Assembly (NCBI RefSeq): GCF_006345805.1
Contig: NC_043012.1
Location: 8,432,001-8,496,000, forward strand
Origin: Octopus sinensis
Lineage: Eukaryota
Length of the DNA stretch: 64,000 nt
Direction: 5' to 3'
The notes beneath the pieces are model-generated. The model made no database searches and was not told where the DNA came from. It worked only from the letters and a program-made list of their open reading frames with translations. Positions 39,560-52,892 of the stretch are shown piece by piece. The first letter of the stretch is position 1; each line of letters begins with the position of its first letter. Both the position numbers and the translations under genes were made by a program.

Positions 39560-41025
39560 CTGCTATGAATTATAATATCCTATCATTAATTCCTTTCTGC
39601 AATAGGAAATATTAGGTAAAAAAATAGAAATCTTATTTTGTATTGAGAACGAAAATGCGGCTTAGTGTCAAATGACGTTAATAGAGAGATACTGTCTTTA
39701 CTTAATATAAAATCTGGACAGCAGTGATTAATTAACAGATAAGTCGGCAAGAAGAAATAAAATTTGAATAAAAGCCTTTGAACTGGTTTATGACAAAAAA
39801 TTATTCATCCAAAGAAATAATTTTGGGGTGACTAGAGAATTCTATACGAAAATACCTCTAAATATTTTTACGAAACTAAAGAGAATATCTTTTATATCTT
39901 TAGAGGAAGTCTCTATCAAGACATCAAACACACGTGTTGACAAAATGAAAAAGTAAGGGTTTTGGAATTTTGTTTTCTCCCCAAATTATTGGGTTTAAAT
40001 ATTATATTTGTAATCAAAATTTAACCTTCACTAAAACCATAATCATTACTGGTTTTCATTGTTCATTTAGGCATCATATGTTTCTCTAGATTCTCTTTCA
40101 CTATTTCCCTACAAAAGATATGGAAAATTTACCAAAGTTATTATATAATATCTTTTGCGTGCTTGTATGTAGGTGTATATGTAATAAACACGACTAGTCT
40201 AGTTGAGTGTTGAGTGCCATCATCTAAATACATATACACAAACGTGCGTATAAAAATGTCGAATATGTATATAAACAACGCTCTCCGCTGCTAAACAAGA
40301 GACCACATGGAAACGACGTACAACATTCGCCCAATTTACAAATAAATCATTTTCATTAGTAACTGCTAAAGCTAATTAAACTGAGTTAATTACATTTTTT
40401 TTGGTATTAATACTTTATGAGCCAATGAGGGAATCTGATTGCTAAGTAATTAAACTGACATAATCATCATTCTATAGTGGTTCCTTCCGTTTTGCCCCGA
40501 AGGTGGTTTTTTTTTTTATGTACGTAATAACCAACTTTCCCATCTATCTATGGAAACAATCTCTCTCTCTCTCTCCATTATGTTTGTCTTCATCCTTTTG
40601 ATTCCAAACCACCTGAGACCATCATTGATTCTATGATGCAAACTTCCTCTTCAAAGTGATCTAAATTAAAACCTCCCTTCAAAATTTCCTGCAACCCTTC
40701 GGTATTGGTACACGACATCGTTCACCCACTCAACTTTTCCTCACGACAGCTAAAAATGCTGGGCAGAAATACAGGATGAATGACGCCACCTCATACCCAA
40801 ACTCTGTATACCAATGCCGAAGGATCGCCAAATTTCCTTTTGCTTTATATTCCTGCAGAAATGATAGACTTCCTATATTTGTAACCACTGTAGTGCCATC
40901 TCTGTAGTAAACTATATTTTATTTTCATTTCGGTATTTCAAGAAAATCCAGGATGTTTTTTATACATTACCCATCGCTTCCGAATTACATTCTCCACATT
41001 TGCCTATTTTTTAAATTTATTTCAG

Positions 41026-41146
41026 AAAACGCCAAAAGTTTGTAAAACCAGGTCAGAGTAAGGACTCTGACAACGAGGATCCAAACCCAGAGAGTCATGA
41101 ATATTTCCATGATGACATCGATGATTTTCATGCCAACAAAGATAAA
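41026..41146 (+). CDS. UTP3: UTP3/SAS10 exon (KRQKFVKPGQSKDSDNEDPNPESHEYFHDDIDDFHANKDK); needs an upstream ATG exon ending in phase 2
   Basis: Acceptor tttatttcAG, donor AAA|GTAGGC. YFHDDIDDFH resembles the YYQDQVDDFH motif of the SAS10 N-terminus (recalled human sequence). Confidence 0.85.
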
Positions 41147-42267
41147 GTAGGCGCTATTTCTTTATGTTGCCCCCCCACCATCCCCATTGTATCCTTCATT
41201 ATGTTGTTTATTAGCTGCTTTTGTTGTTTCCATAGAGTAAGAATAGTTGGTACTTATTTGATTTTTAGCTCACCACAACTCTATTGGAATATAAAAACAC
41301 AATCAAGTTCTGAATAGTCTTGTGTATTGCATTGTTGATGCAACCAATTCTTAAAGTCCAATCTGTTTAAATGAAAGCCACACCTGAGTTGCTACCAGTT
41401 CCTGTTGTCATCTGAACCCTACCAGATCCTGTAATAATCTAATCTATTTAATTGTGAGCAACACTTGACACAACTAACACATTCTTACTCTTTATTTCTA
41501 GCAAGTCAAGTAACCATGTTGGCTCATTGTTGGTTTAGACCCACCAGTGTTTAAGATTGTTGGTTCAGTTTTAAGGGGCTGTGATCTACTGATCATGTTT
41601 AAGAGCATAGTCTCTCATGTCTTTAGGAATTTCCAAACCGCTGTTAAGGAACCTGCACTTTTGAGGTAAAAATGGTTTTTATTCCTTTCAGGTATAGAAA
41701 CTTTTCTCTTCAAGCAGTTCAATGATAACAGAACTGACTATGACTAGTGTTGTTATAATTTGTTATTGATTGTAGGAAAGGGAGGACATTTGGGCCACAA
41801 CACAATAATAACCAATGGTTGTACTTTGGACATTCTTCATGAAAATTACAAGACTTCATTACCAGGCTGGCGTGATGGGTGATAGGTTAACAAATATTTT
41901 GGACTCGCCAGCCTCGTCTGGCACCTGTGTCGGTGGCACATAAAAACACCATCCGAGCATGGCCGTTCGCCAGCCTCGTCTGGCACCTGTGTCTGTGGCA
42001 CATAAAATCACCCACTACACTCTCGGAGTGGTTGGCGTTAGGAAGGGCATCCAGCTGTAGAAACACTGCCAGATCTGACTGACCTGGTGCAGCCTTCGGG
42101 TTCCCCAGACCCCAGTTGAACCGTCCAACCCATGCTAGCATGGAAAGCGGACGTTAAATGATAAGGATAAGATAAGATTGAAATAGTTGACATGAAATGA
42201 AATGAAGGGAAATTTATGATGTTGATGATAGTTGTGATTTTATATATTTTTGTGATTTATTTTCCAG

Positions 42268-42318
42268 ATTTCTCTTGACAATGTGGAAATGGCTGAGGCA
42301 TCAAGCTCTGATGAAGAG
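42268..42318 (+). CDS. UTP3: UTP3 exon (ISLDNVEMAEASSSDEE)
   Basis: Acceptor ttattttccAG, donor GAG|GTTGGT; 51 nt, phase 0/0; acidic N-terminal region. Confidence 0.8.
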
Positions 42319-43300
42319 GTTGGTATAATTTTTTTATTTGGCTTAGAGGAGGAAGGCCTACTCCATTACATTTTTAGTAGGGTTTCTGATAAACTTGCTA
42401 TCATGTTTGCACATAATTCAACTTGTTTGTCCATCCATTGGATGATAGCCATAACATTATGTGATCTCTTGATTTGCTTGGGAGTTGGTTTTTTTATGCA
42501 GGTGTATCACACAACTTTGACTTAACTCTCTTGTTTGAGTCTAATCTTAATTCAGAGTCAAGATGTAAAGATAGTTCTGGGTAGATATGGAGGCATTGAA
42601 TGACTTGGACTTTAATATTGTCTTGTGGGTCTCTTAGCATTCCGTTAACCCTGTTGGAATCATTTTTTGAAACTATTGGATCAGCTGTTTTATCTGTTGA
42701 ATCCACCAAAATTGGTTTTCCTATAGTAGAGTAGACGTGCCCTAACTCACCGATTTTTTTTGAAACCTGGTGGTTGCCTTCACTTGGTTTAGTCCATGTG
42801 TCAAATTGGTTTTACTGAAGCGAGGCTTTGTGCATGTTACAGCTTCTTGGGTATCAGGTAGAGATCAAAGGTGAACATGTCCCTTAGGGAACATAAAAAA
42901 GGCTGTTTCTAATAATTGCTACCTTTCCTTGAATACTTGACATACTCCTTGTATTCACTCCATATACACATTCATATATATATATATACACACACACACA
43001 GACTCATACATATGACTTCACATTCACAAATACAGATGTTTTCTTTTTTTTTGTAAACTTCTGTAAAAGCAAACAAGCAAAAAGTAAAAAAAATAACAAT
43101 ATATAAAAGGTAAAACTGGTGGAGAGGTTTAGGGTACATGCTGGTTTATCAGACCACATGGTCATAAATTCAAACCTTACTTATACCTGTGGTGCTCTAC
43201 AGCCAATGATGGAATCTGGCTCTAGTTAATCTTGGGATTGGTTGGGTGATTGGGTGTTTGTGATATCTAAATGATGACGATGATGATGATGACATTGCAG

Positions 43301-43436
43301 GAGATGGTACTGGGCATTGAATCTGACTCTGAAGAGGAGGATGAGAGTAATCTGTACCAAAAATGTAAGCAGCAGCTGAAGTTTATGAAAGAAAAGAACC
43401 TGCGAGATGCTAAATACAACAAACTTAAAGTGAAAA
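43301..43436 (+). CDS. UTP3: UTP3 exon (EMVLGIESDSEEEDES...KLKVK)
   Basis: Acceptor ttgcAG (weak pyrimidine tract), donor A|GTAAGT; 136 nt. EEEMVLGIESD aligns with SAS10 EEEVLALDMDD. Confidence 0.8.
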
Positions 43437-43739
43437 GTAAGTTGGTGTGTGTGTGTCAGGATTTTCATTTTGAATAAGTATATATATATATGTGTGTGTA
43501 TATACATATGTATATGTATATATATATTCGAAATACAATACCATATTAAAACGATTATATTGCCAATCTTCAGGTCTAGATTATATGAACTTATTTTGCT
43601 ATTTACATCCTATATAAAGATATGACAAGCTAAAATTATATAACTAGAAGTTGTCTGAATAAGTTTTCTTTAGTAAATAAAAACAGAAATGTGAAATAAA
43701 AGTAGGAACAAGAAATCTTAGTAAAAAGGAATGTTAACT

Positions 43740-43880
43740 TATCTGTATGGTAATTTTCACAGCACCAATTCTCATTCCTACCTCACAGCATTTGGCTGAG
43801 AAGCCATTCGGTGCTTGCTGAAGATCATCTTCTGATGAGCCAAGTAACACCATGTTGTCTACAAAGATATTTATATAATT
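43740..43880 (-). mobile_element. Degenerate LINE reverse-transcriptase fragment
   Basis: IFVDNMVLLGSSEDDLQQ...CCEVGMRI resembles the FADD motif and following helix of RTE-type RTs. Confidence 0.55.
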
Positions 43881-43937
43881 TTTTCTGATGTCTCTATAAT
43901 TATCAATTCTAACCAAATTTTTGTTTTGTTTTCAAAG

Positions 43938-44009
43938 AGGAAGAATATAACAAGAAATGGGGAGATAAAAAGTATGTTTTCTATGGAGGTCTTGGAGATG
44001 AAGAATATA
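43938..44009 (+). CDS. UTP3: UTP3 exon (K-EEYNKKWGDKKYVFYGGLGDEEY)
   Basis: Acceptor ttttgttttcaaAG, donor A|GTAAGT; 72 nt, phase 1/1. WGxKKxxFY matches SAS10 WGQRKKLYY. Confidence 0.88.
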
Positions 44010-44764
44010 GTAAGTATCTTTTAGAAAATGTTGATATTTAATTTTTTTTTTTCTCCTTTTGCTTTTTTACCCCGACTGTCATCATCTTGTCCTCCCTTAT
44101 ATTTGCATCTGTATTGCCCTGAACAACCACCCCTTTTCCATGCTGTTGTATCAACCTGTATTACCTCATATTACCACCCTCTTTTCCACCCTGTTACATT
44201 CAGCAGTATTCCCCTATACTGAAACTCTCTTGCCCTAAACTGCCACACCTCGTCCACCCTGCAGTATTCATTTGGATTGATCCAAACTGCTACCCTTTTT
44301 TGTTGTATTCAACTGTATTGTCCTCAAAAGCCATCACCCCTTCTCCACCCTTTTAGATTCAACACTGTTACATCTCCCCAACGTGCACCCTCTTTCTCTC
44401 TTATATCTGCTTTATCTTTTGTTTTCAATGAATCTGTCCTCCCCCTTTTTAAGGTTGAATCATTAGTATGTATATCACATGCTCACGTGACCGACCAGAC
44501 TATCAAATGCTGTTACACATCGCTGGTCACAATGCACTTTGCATTGTTTTAGCCATCAAATGATGCAAAGTGCATTGCCACCCTGCTGGCTAGACAAGCA
44601 GGCCAACTCTACTCCTCAATCGAACTGGGACTAGAGCAATGTAAAATTAAGTGTTTTGCTCAAGAACACAACGTGCCGCCCAATCAGGGAATTGAACCCA
44701 CGATCTAGTGATTATAAGTGCAGTCACAAAACCACACGTGTGTTTGTGTATATGTATGTGTGTG

Positions 44765-45510
<746 letters not shown>

Positions 45511-45558
45511 ATATTAAAAAATGTCTTATATGTATGTGTGTATATTTTCTATTTACAG

Positions 45559-45680
45559 TTCTGTCTGGTTCTGATGGTGAAATCGATGCTGCAATTCTTG
45601 AAGAGAAAGAAGCGCTGTCACTCCAAAAGAAGATGGCCCAAAACTTGGATGATGCTGATTTTGGCTTTGACATGCTTGCT
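45559..45680 (+). CDS. UTP3: UTP3 exon (I-LSGSDGEIDAAILEEKEALSLQKKMAQNLDDADFGFDMLA)
   Basis: Acceptor ttctatttacAG, donor GCT|GTAAGT; 122 nt. EEKEALSLQKKMAQNLDDADFG matches SAS10 EEEEAQIIQRRLAQALQEDDFG. Confidence 0.92.
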
Positions 45681-46143
45681 GTAAGTTCTGCTATTGACCA
45701 TTCTTTAAAAGACATCTTGACACTTAGTTTTATTTATGTTTTTTGACATGTTGTTTAGCACATGGTTTCTACAGCTGGATGCCCTTCCTAATGCCAATCA
45801 CTTTACAAAGTGGAGTGGGGTCCTTTTTATGTAGCACCAGCACTAGTAAGATGTTATATATGATGGGCTTCTTTTAGTTTCCATTTACTAAATCCACTTT
45901 TTCAAGGCTTGGTTTGTCTTGGGCCCAAGGTATCATGGAATGAGATTGAACCTAGAACCATGTAGTTTGGAAGTGAACTTATTCTGTGTCTGTACATTTT
46001 TAATTCTTCCAGAAGTTAATAAAATACATCCCAAACATATACTGGAAAAGTAGGTGTTGGGGATCAGGGAATCAATTTGGCTGTCCCTACTGTCCCTCAT
46101 TATCATTTGGAATAAAGTTAAATTTATTTTCATCCTTTGCCAG

Positions 46144-46221
46144 CCTCCAGAAAAATCTGAAGCTACAACAGAGAAGATCACCAAAGATTTGACAAAACTT
46201 TCCAAGAAAGAGAAGCTAGAG
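46144..46221 (+). CDS. UTP3: UTP3 exon (PPEKSEATTEKITKDLTKLSKKEKLE)
   Basis: Acceptor catcctttgccAG, donor GAG|GTGAGA; 78 nt; matches SAS10 KDLAKVSVKEKL. Confidence 0.92.
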
Positions 46222-46785
46222 GTGAGATCTTTATTGTTTTATGTGTATTGTTGTTGTTGTGCTTAGGCCGCTGGTTTGCCTTGGTCAATGAGACCTATGA
46301 TCAAAATGGTCCTAGGTGTCATGACCATCCAGTTTGTCCAGTGTCCTTTTTTAAAGACTGTTGTTTAGTCCTTTTGTTACTAACCTGGTCTGTGACATTT
46401 AGTGTTCTTTAGGGAGCTTTCTCTGGATGCTATCTCACAGCAAATTGCTGTATCAACAAAACACATACACTGTATATGTGCAACTGATATTGGCCTTTAT
46501 ATGTATATATATCATCATCATCATCATCATCATTTAGCGTCCGTTTTCCATGCTAGCATGGGTTGGACGGTTCAACTGGGGTCTGTGAAGCCAGAAGGCT
46601 GCATCAGGCCCAGTCTGATCTGGCAGTGTTTCTACGGCTGGATGCCCTTCCTAATGCCAACCACTCCGTGAGTGTAGTGGGTGCTTTTTACGTGCCACCC
46701 GCACAGGTGCCAGACGGAGCTGGCAAACGGCCATGATCGGATGGTGCTTTAGAGTGAGAGTTTTTGAAGTGATGCACAAATATTG

Positions 46786-46998
46786 TATATTTAGAATAAT
46801 AAAGTAGTCAGAATGCTGGATGATTATATATATTTTATTATTTACATTTTATTTATATTTACACTTTTAGCGCTCTCATTCGTTATCGGATTTAAAGCAC
46901 TAAAAGTGTAAATAAAATATAAATAAAATGTAAATAAAAATATATATGATGATGATATAATCATCCAACATTCTGACTACCTTATTATTCTGAATATA
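46786..46998. repeat. AT-rich imperfect inverted repeat (MITE-like)
   Basis: TATATTTAGAATAATAAAGTAGTCAGAATGCTGGATGATTATA pairs with TATAATCATCCAACATTCTGACTACCTTATTATTCTGAATATA; loop ~46875-46895. Confidence 0.75.
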
Positions 46999-47017
46999 TA
47001 TATATATATATATATAA

Positions 47018-47286
47018 TCCAAAGTGTACAGTATTATATATCCATCACGGCTGATGTTACCAATCGGTTTTGCACTAAGGGTACAACGGAGTGCTAGGTA
47101 ACACTCTGATTATATAACCCTATGCTCACCAGAGGTAGCCAATGCTATATTTCATTCCGTATCGGCTACCTCTGATGAGTGTAAGGTTATATAATCAGAT
47201 TGTTACCTAGCACTCCATTGTACCCTTAATGTGAAACTGATTAATAAGATTGGCCATGATGACTAGATAATGTTGTACACTTCGGA
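47018..47286. repeat. Imperfect inverted repeat (MITE-like)
   Basis: Arms include AAGGGTACAACGGAGTGCTAGGTAACA / TGTTACCTAGCACTCCATTGTACCCTT and AGAGGTAGCC / GGCTACCTCT; 17 nt loop. Confidence 0.8.
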
Positions 47287-47355
47287 TAATACGCCCACTC
47301 TATTGATAGAGATACAAGTGCATCTTTTTCCTGACTTATGGACTTTTAGACGACT

Positions 47356-47388
<33 letters not shown>

Positions 47389-47567
47389 GTTTAAAAAGTA
47401 AATGTGATAGTTATGATGATGTTGATGATGCTGACAATCATTATAATGATTAATATGAGAATTAACACATTTGATGATTATGATGATGATGATATTTATA
47501 TATTTATTTATTTTGTTCTCTTCCTCTCTCTTTTATCCTTACCATTTTTTCTTCCACCCCCATGCAG

Positions 47568-47624
47568 ATCGTGAAGAAAGAATCTCCAGAATTGTTGGAA
47601 CTTCTCAATGATCTAAAAGTCAAG
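47568..47624 (+). CDS. UTP3: UTP3 exon (IVKKESPELLELLNDLKVK)
   Basis: Long pyrimidine tract plus catgcAG, donor AAG|GTAAGC; 57 nt; hallmark KESPELLEL..DLKVK. Confidence 0.95.
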
Positions 47625-48322
47625 GTAAGCCTACCTTTTTATTCTTTATATTTCTATATTCATACATATTCTTTGCTATTTTATGCCCCCCCCTCCTTCT
47701 CCGTTGTTTACTCTTTGTGTCTTCCTGTTGAGGCGGACGCTATACAGCTTAAGAGCTAAACTAACATTGGGACCGGGTTTCAATTCCTGGTTGACAATAT
47801 TGTACAATATTTTTATTTTTAGAATCAAAATCTTTGAAGTTTAATTCATAGAAATCCAAAGAAATTTACTTAAGAGGATTAATAGAACAGTTATCAGCAG
47901 TGGATTTAAAGTATAACTCTATCATACACTTTATATATATTGTGGCCAATGACTGTACCCCACAGACTGGCTCCCGTGCCGGGAGCATGTAAAAAGCATT
48001 ATCCAAATGTGATCATTGCCAGGCACGCCTGACTGCCTCCCGTGCTGGTGGCATGTAAAAAGCATCAACTGATCGTAACTGATGCCAGTACCCCATGACT
48101 GGCTCCTGTACTGGTGGCACCATCCGAACGTGATCGTTGCCAGGCCCGCCTGACTGGCTCCTGTGTTGGTGGCACATAAAAAGCAACCATTATACTCTCA
48201 GTGAAATGATAATGGAAGTATGGTAATGATGATGAGAGTAGTATGTGATTTGGGAAAGATTTTGCTGCTATTTCTAGCAAGTCAAGTGACCATGTAGAGT
48301 CTCCCTTGTCAGCTTACATATA

Positions 48323-48507
48323 CTCTTTTTTACTCGTTTCAGTCATTTGACTGTGGCCATGCTGGAGCACCGCCTTTAGTTGAGCAAATCAACCCCGGGA
48401 CTTATTCTTTGTAAGCCCAGTACTTATTCTATCGGTCTCTTTTTGCCGAACCGCTAAGTGACAAGGACGTAAACACACCAGCATCGGGGACAAACACAGG
48501 CACACAA

Positions 48508-48571
<64 letters not shown>

Positions 48572-48736
48572 CACGACAGGCTTCTTTCAGTTTCCGTCTA
48601 CCAAATCCACTCACAAGGCATTGGTCGGCCCGGGGCTATAGCAGAAGACACTTGCCCAAGATTCCACGCAGTGGGATTGAACCCGGAACCATGTGGTTGG
48701 TTAGCAAGCTACTTACCACACAGCCACTCCTGCGCC
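48323..48736 (-). mobile_element. SINE family A, full-length, ending 40 nt before UTP3 exon 48777
   Basis: Reverse complement of the consensus. Confidence 0.9.
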
Positions 48737-48776
48737 TACATATGTGTATTAATGTATTGTTTTCTATCTCTTATAG

Positions 48777-48892
48777 CTCACAGAAGTGAAGGATGTACTC
48801 CTCCCGCTTCAACAGTTACTGCTAGAAGAAGAAGAGACTGTTCCAGCTCAGACGTTGGCCTATGTTCAGCTGAAGCTTCGTCTCACCCTAAG
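48777..48892 (+). CDS. UTP3: UTP3 exon (LTEVKDVLLPLQQLL...VQLKLRLTL)
   Basis: Acceptor tctcttatAG, donor AG|GTTTGT; 116 nt; continues KVK-LTEVKD as in SAS10. Confidence 0.92.
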
Positions 48893-49905
48893 GTTTGTAT
48901 TTAGGAAAAGAAAGGTGGGGGATGAGCAAGTTGGTGTTTAGCCCCAGGTCAGTCTTACTCAAGCTGACCTATGATCATAAGTGTTTAAGCCAGGACCATC
49001 CTGTCTTAAGAGTGCTATATAGGAATACATTATCTTGTGTATCCTTCCATTTTTTAAGATCATATGGTGCGATTTGAGAGATTTAGCTGTGGTTTCTTGA
49101 AAGTCAAGCAACTGCTAGGAATCCTTTCTCTTATTACAGGAAAGATTACGTTTTGCGAAGTGAAGTAGGATGGTATTTGTAACATCTGACATGTGTTTCT
49201 GTAACTCTGCAGCCATTTTATATTAATAGTTCAATACCCAGACTCGGAAGTGATGGGTGGCAGTTACATTCATAGGGTACTCCTGTAGAGTTCTTGTATT
49301 ACATGTACAGGGTACTTGTATTACGCTTTTAGGGTACTGTGCAGTTTTGTCCACAGAGTTTGAAATGGGATGCAAGTATTTTTAGGGTCCCTCTATGCTG
49401 CCAAGAATTTTATGTGAAGGGTACATGATTGCCAGTTCCGCCTCCACTGGCTTCCGTGCCAATGGCACGTAAAATGCACCAATCTGACCGTGGCCGATGC
49501 CAGCCTCGCCTGGCACCAGTGCAGGTGGCACGTAAAAAGCACCCACTACACTCATGGAGTGGTTGGCGTTAGGATGGGCATCCAGCTGTAGAAACATTGC
49601 CAGATAAGACCGGAGCCTGGTGCAGCCTTCTGGCTTCCCAGATCCCCGGTCAAACCGTCCAACCCATGCTAGCATGGAGAACGGACGTTAAACGATGATG
49701 ATGATGCAGTTCTGTACTAAGAGTTTGAAATGGGAAGGGAATTTTGTTGGAATATTAGTATTACTCTGTACCAGATCCTTGATAAGGGGCAGGATGATTA
49801 AGAATCTTGCTTCCCAATCATGTAGTTGTTTGCAATCTTTCAGTGACCTTCTCCTCTCACTCCAACTGAAGTTTTTTATATATATATATTTCTTTTTTTT
49901 TGTAG

Positions 49906-50002
49906 TTATTGCATAAACGTCAACTTCTATCTGAAATTGAAGAGTGACCGGTTCCCAGTGAAGAATCACCCGATTGTGAAGCGTCTCTTACAGTATCGCA
50001 AT
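49906..50002 (+). CDS. UTP3: UTP3 exon, Sas10/Utp3/C1D domain (S-YCINVNFYLKLKSDRFPVKNHPIVKRLLQYRN)
   Basis: Acceptor ttttttttgtAG, donor AAT|GTAAGT; 97 nt; conserved YCxNxxFYL and HPxxxRLxxYR. Confidence 0.95.
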
Positions 50003-50366
50003 GTAAGTCTGCTTCGTTTGTTAATTGGCATTGAATGATACGCGTGTACGGTTCTTATGTTTTGTGTTCAAATTCCACTGTGGTTGACTTTGCCTTTTAT
50101 CCTTTTGGGACTGACGAAATAAATACCAGCTGTACGCTGGGGTTGATATAATCAACTAGCTCCACTTCCCCAAAATTTCAGGCTTTGTGCTGGCAGTAGA
50201 AAAGAATGTGTTTGAATGTAAAATATTGTTGCAGGAGAGAGAGAGATTTTGACGAGGCAACTATTTAGTTTTAGTATGATATTGTAGGGTTGGTGTGAGA
50301 GGCCTGATTTGGCTGGTTTGAGCATAAAACAAGAAGATTTTGGATGGATATTTTTTTTTTTCGCCT

Positions 50367-50700
50367 TTAACCCTCCAACGCGGAATATAGGCCACTTATA
50401 ATTGAATTCCATGTTGCATAATTTTTCGCTTCTGTACTTATTCTCTGCCATGAATCTCCCCCTTTCTCTAGTTCCTTTTGTGTTGATCTACACCACAAGT
50501 TCTTAGGCCTACCTCTCCTTCTATATCCATCTGGTTTCCACTTTAAAGCACTTTTCGCTACATTTGGTGTGTCTTTTCTAATTGTGCTACCAATCCACTC
50601 CCACTTTTTCTTAAATATTTGCTCCCTAATCGAAACTTCATTTGTTCTTTGCCATAGCTCCATATTGCTTATGTGTTGGGGGCCATCTAATTTTAAGTAT
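50367..50700 (-). mobile_element. RTE LINE 3' fragment in a UTP3 intron
   Basis: LWQRTNEVSIREQIFKKKWEWIGSTIRK...ALKWKPDGYRRRGRPKNLWCRS is a typical RTE C-terminus. Confidence 0.8.
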
Positions 50701-52520
50701 ACTACGCAAGCATCTGTTGATGAATGATTGTATTTGCTTATTTGACTTAACTGTTTTTGGCTGGATATGGCCAGTTTAAATGCTAGAGTTAAACATGTGA
50801 TGAGTGGTTACTCCTTTGCTTGTTTCAGTCATTTGACTGTGGCCATGCTGGAGCAAACCTTTTTTATTAGCATATTTCTGCTGATACATACTATATTTCT
50901 TTCAATTTATTTTGAAAATAGCAAAGAATTTAGTAGAAAAAAACTAATTGGTAGAGCATTGTCATTATTTTAATGTAAATTCTTCCATGCTTGCATGGGT
51001 TTGACAGAATTCCTTGTAGATTTAGTAGTCTTTGCAAGCTGCATGACTATCTCACCAGTGCTGGTGACATAGAAAATCCACTCAGTACATGCTGTATAGT
51101 GGTTGCTGTTAGAAAAAATAGAGAGAGAGAGAGAGAGACAGGGTCATTTTTGATCACTCATGCTCTTTCTCTTGCTCTCTCCCTCTGACTGGGTAAGCAT
51201 GCATCTTCTCTACAGAAAGATACCAGTTTCTATCCCTCCATCACACTCTAACCTCTCATCATCTGGCACATGACTGTCACCTCCAATGACGCCCCCCACC
51301 TCCACCTCAAAGGATCTTTGTCATGCATATTACTTGGTGACCCCCACCAGTGGTCAGTGTTTGGAAGGGCATTCATCTGTAAAAACCATGTCAAGACTGG
51401 CCTCACCGGTTACTGGTGCCGTGTAAAACGTATTCGGTCTGCTCTGTAAGGTGGCTGGCGTAAGAAAGGGTATCCAGCTGTAAAACCCCTGCCAAAACTG
51501 ACAGTGAAGCCTGGTGCAGTCTTCTGTCTAGCCAGCCCCTGTCAAACCATCAAACCCATGCCAGCATGGAAAATGGGTGTCAAATGATGATGTTGATCTG
51601 GCCATAGAAACCATTCCAATCTTGGCAGTTGAGCATGATGCAGTCCTTGGACTTGCTGTACCTCATCAAACTTATAACAACATGGAGCATAGACATTAAA
51701 TGATGATGACGAGGAGGTGGAAGATGAGAATTGATATGCTGTATTGCTGTGTGCTTCAAGAAGTGATGGAAAAGGTTGATATCAGGAAGACACTGCCTCA
51801 GTCAAAAATTGTCAAACTCATGCCAGCATGGAAAAGCAGATGTAAAACATTAATGAGGAATTGTCATCATTACCACCACCACCATCATCATCATGCATGA
51901 GCAACAGAAGAGAAATGAACTGAGAGAAAGAAGAACAGAAGAGGAATCTGATGTTGTGTGTAAAGAAGGAGAGCATGCTGGTAAGGACATGTGATGTGTA
52001 AGGAAGATGACAGTTGAGTAAGTGGAAGGAAGGAAGATGTGCAAAGAAGAAATGAAAGTTGATTCTACAATGCTGAATCCCATGAAGGAAATGATGGAGG
52101 AAATGCTGTGCTGGAGATGGACTTAACTGACCCCTGTAGATATGGTAAAATGGAAGTAAAGTGCTGATGAATTCATGGTGTTACTCATTTATTTCCATCT
52201 CATCTAGAATCCTCACACTTTCCTATTCATTCTTTCACTCATGGAGCCCTCTTTAGTTTTGCTGATGGTAAAGTCACCTCACTTGTGTTGGTGCCATGAA
52301 AAAAATCACCCAGTACATTCCGGTTGGTGTTAGGAAGGTGAACCTAACTGTAGAAAGCATTTCAAACAGGAACACTGGAACATGACAGCCCTTTTGTCTG
52401 CCAGCAAGTTGATGTCAAACCACAAAACACCTTCCAGCATGGAAAGCAGACATGAAATGACGATCATGATGAAGGAAAATAAGTTTGTTGATGGAAGGTA
52501 ATGTTTTTTTGTATTTTCAG

Positions 52521-52660
52521 CTTTTGAAGCAGATGCAGCCACTTGATGAACAATTCCACAGTGAAATGGAAATGTTGGCCACATGTCTGAAATCTGGAGA
52601 AGAAGTTCAGTTTGTTCCCATTGATGAAACCGATATAGCACCAAAGCAACAGCAGTTAAG
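52521..52660 (+). CDS. UTP3: UTP3 exon (LLKQMQPLDEQFHSEMEML...KQQQL)
   Basis: Acceptor gtattttcAG, donor AG|GTGAGA; 140 nt; phase-compatible with both neighbours. Confidence 0.9.
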
Positions 52661-52892
52661 GTGAGATTAATAATCATAGCAACACGTTAACAGATGAGGC
52701 TTAAGTGAGATGTTGCTTTTTACCCCCCACCATCCACCCCATGTGATCCTTAATCAAACAGATCAATAATGAGAAACATTCTACTTTTTGTTAACACAAG
52801 CACTAGTTTAAATTCACTCCTTTATTATTAGTCATTTGCTTGAATATCCAACTAGTTGATTGTTTGTTTAATTTGGTTAAACAGTAAGTCAG

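Noticed and set aside
42380-42960. Minus-strand YHPMDGQT resembling the Gypsy integrase YHPQTDGQ motif
   Set aside because: Flanking residues do not extend the match and stops follow at once; too weak without a profile search.
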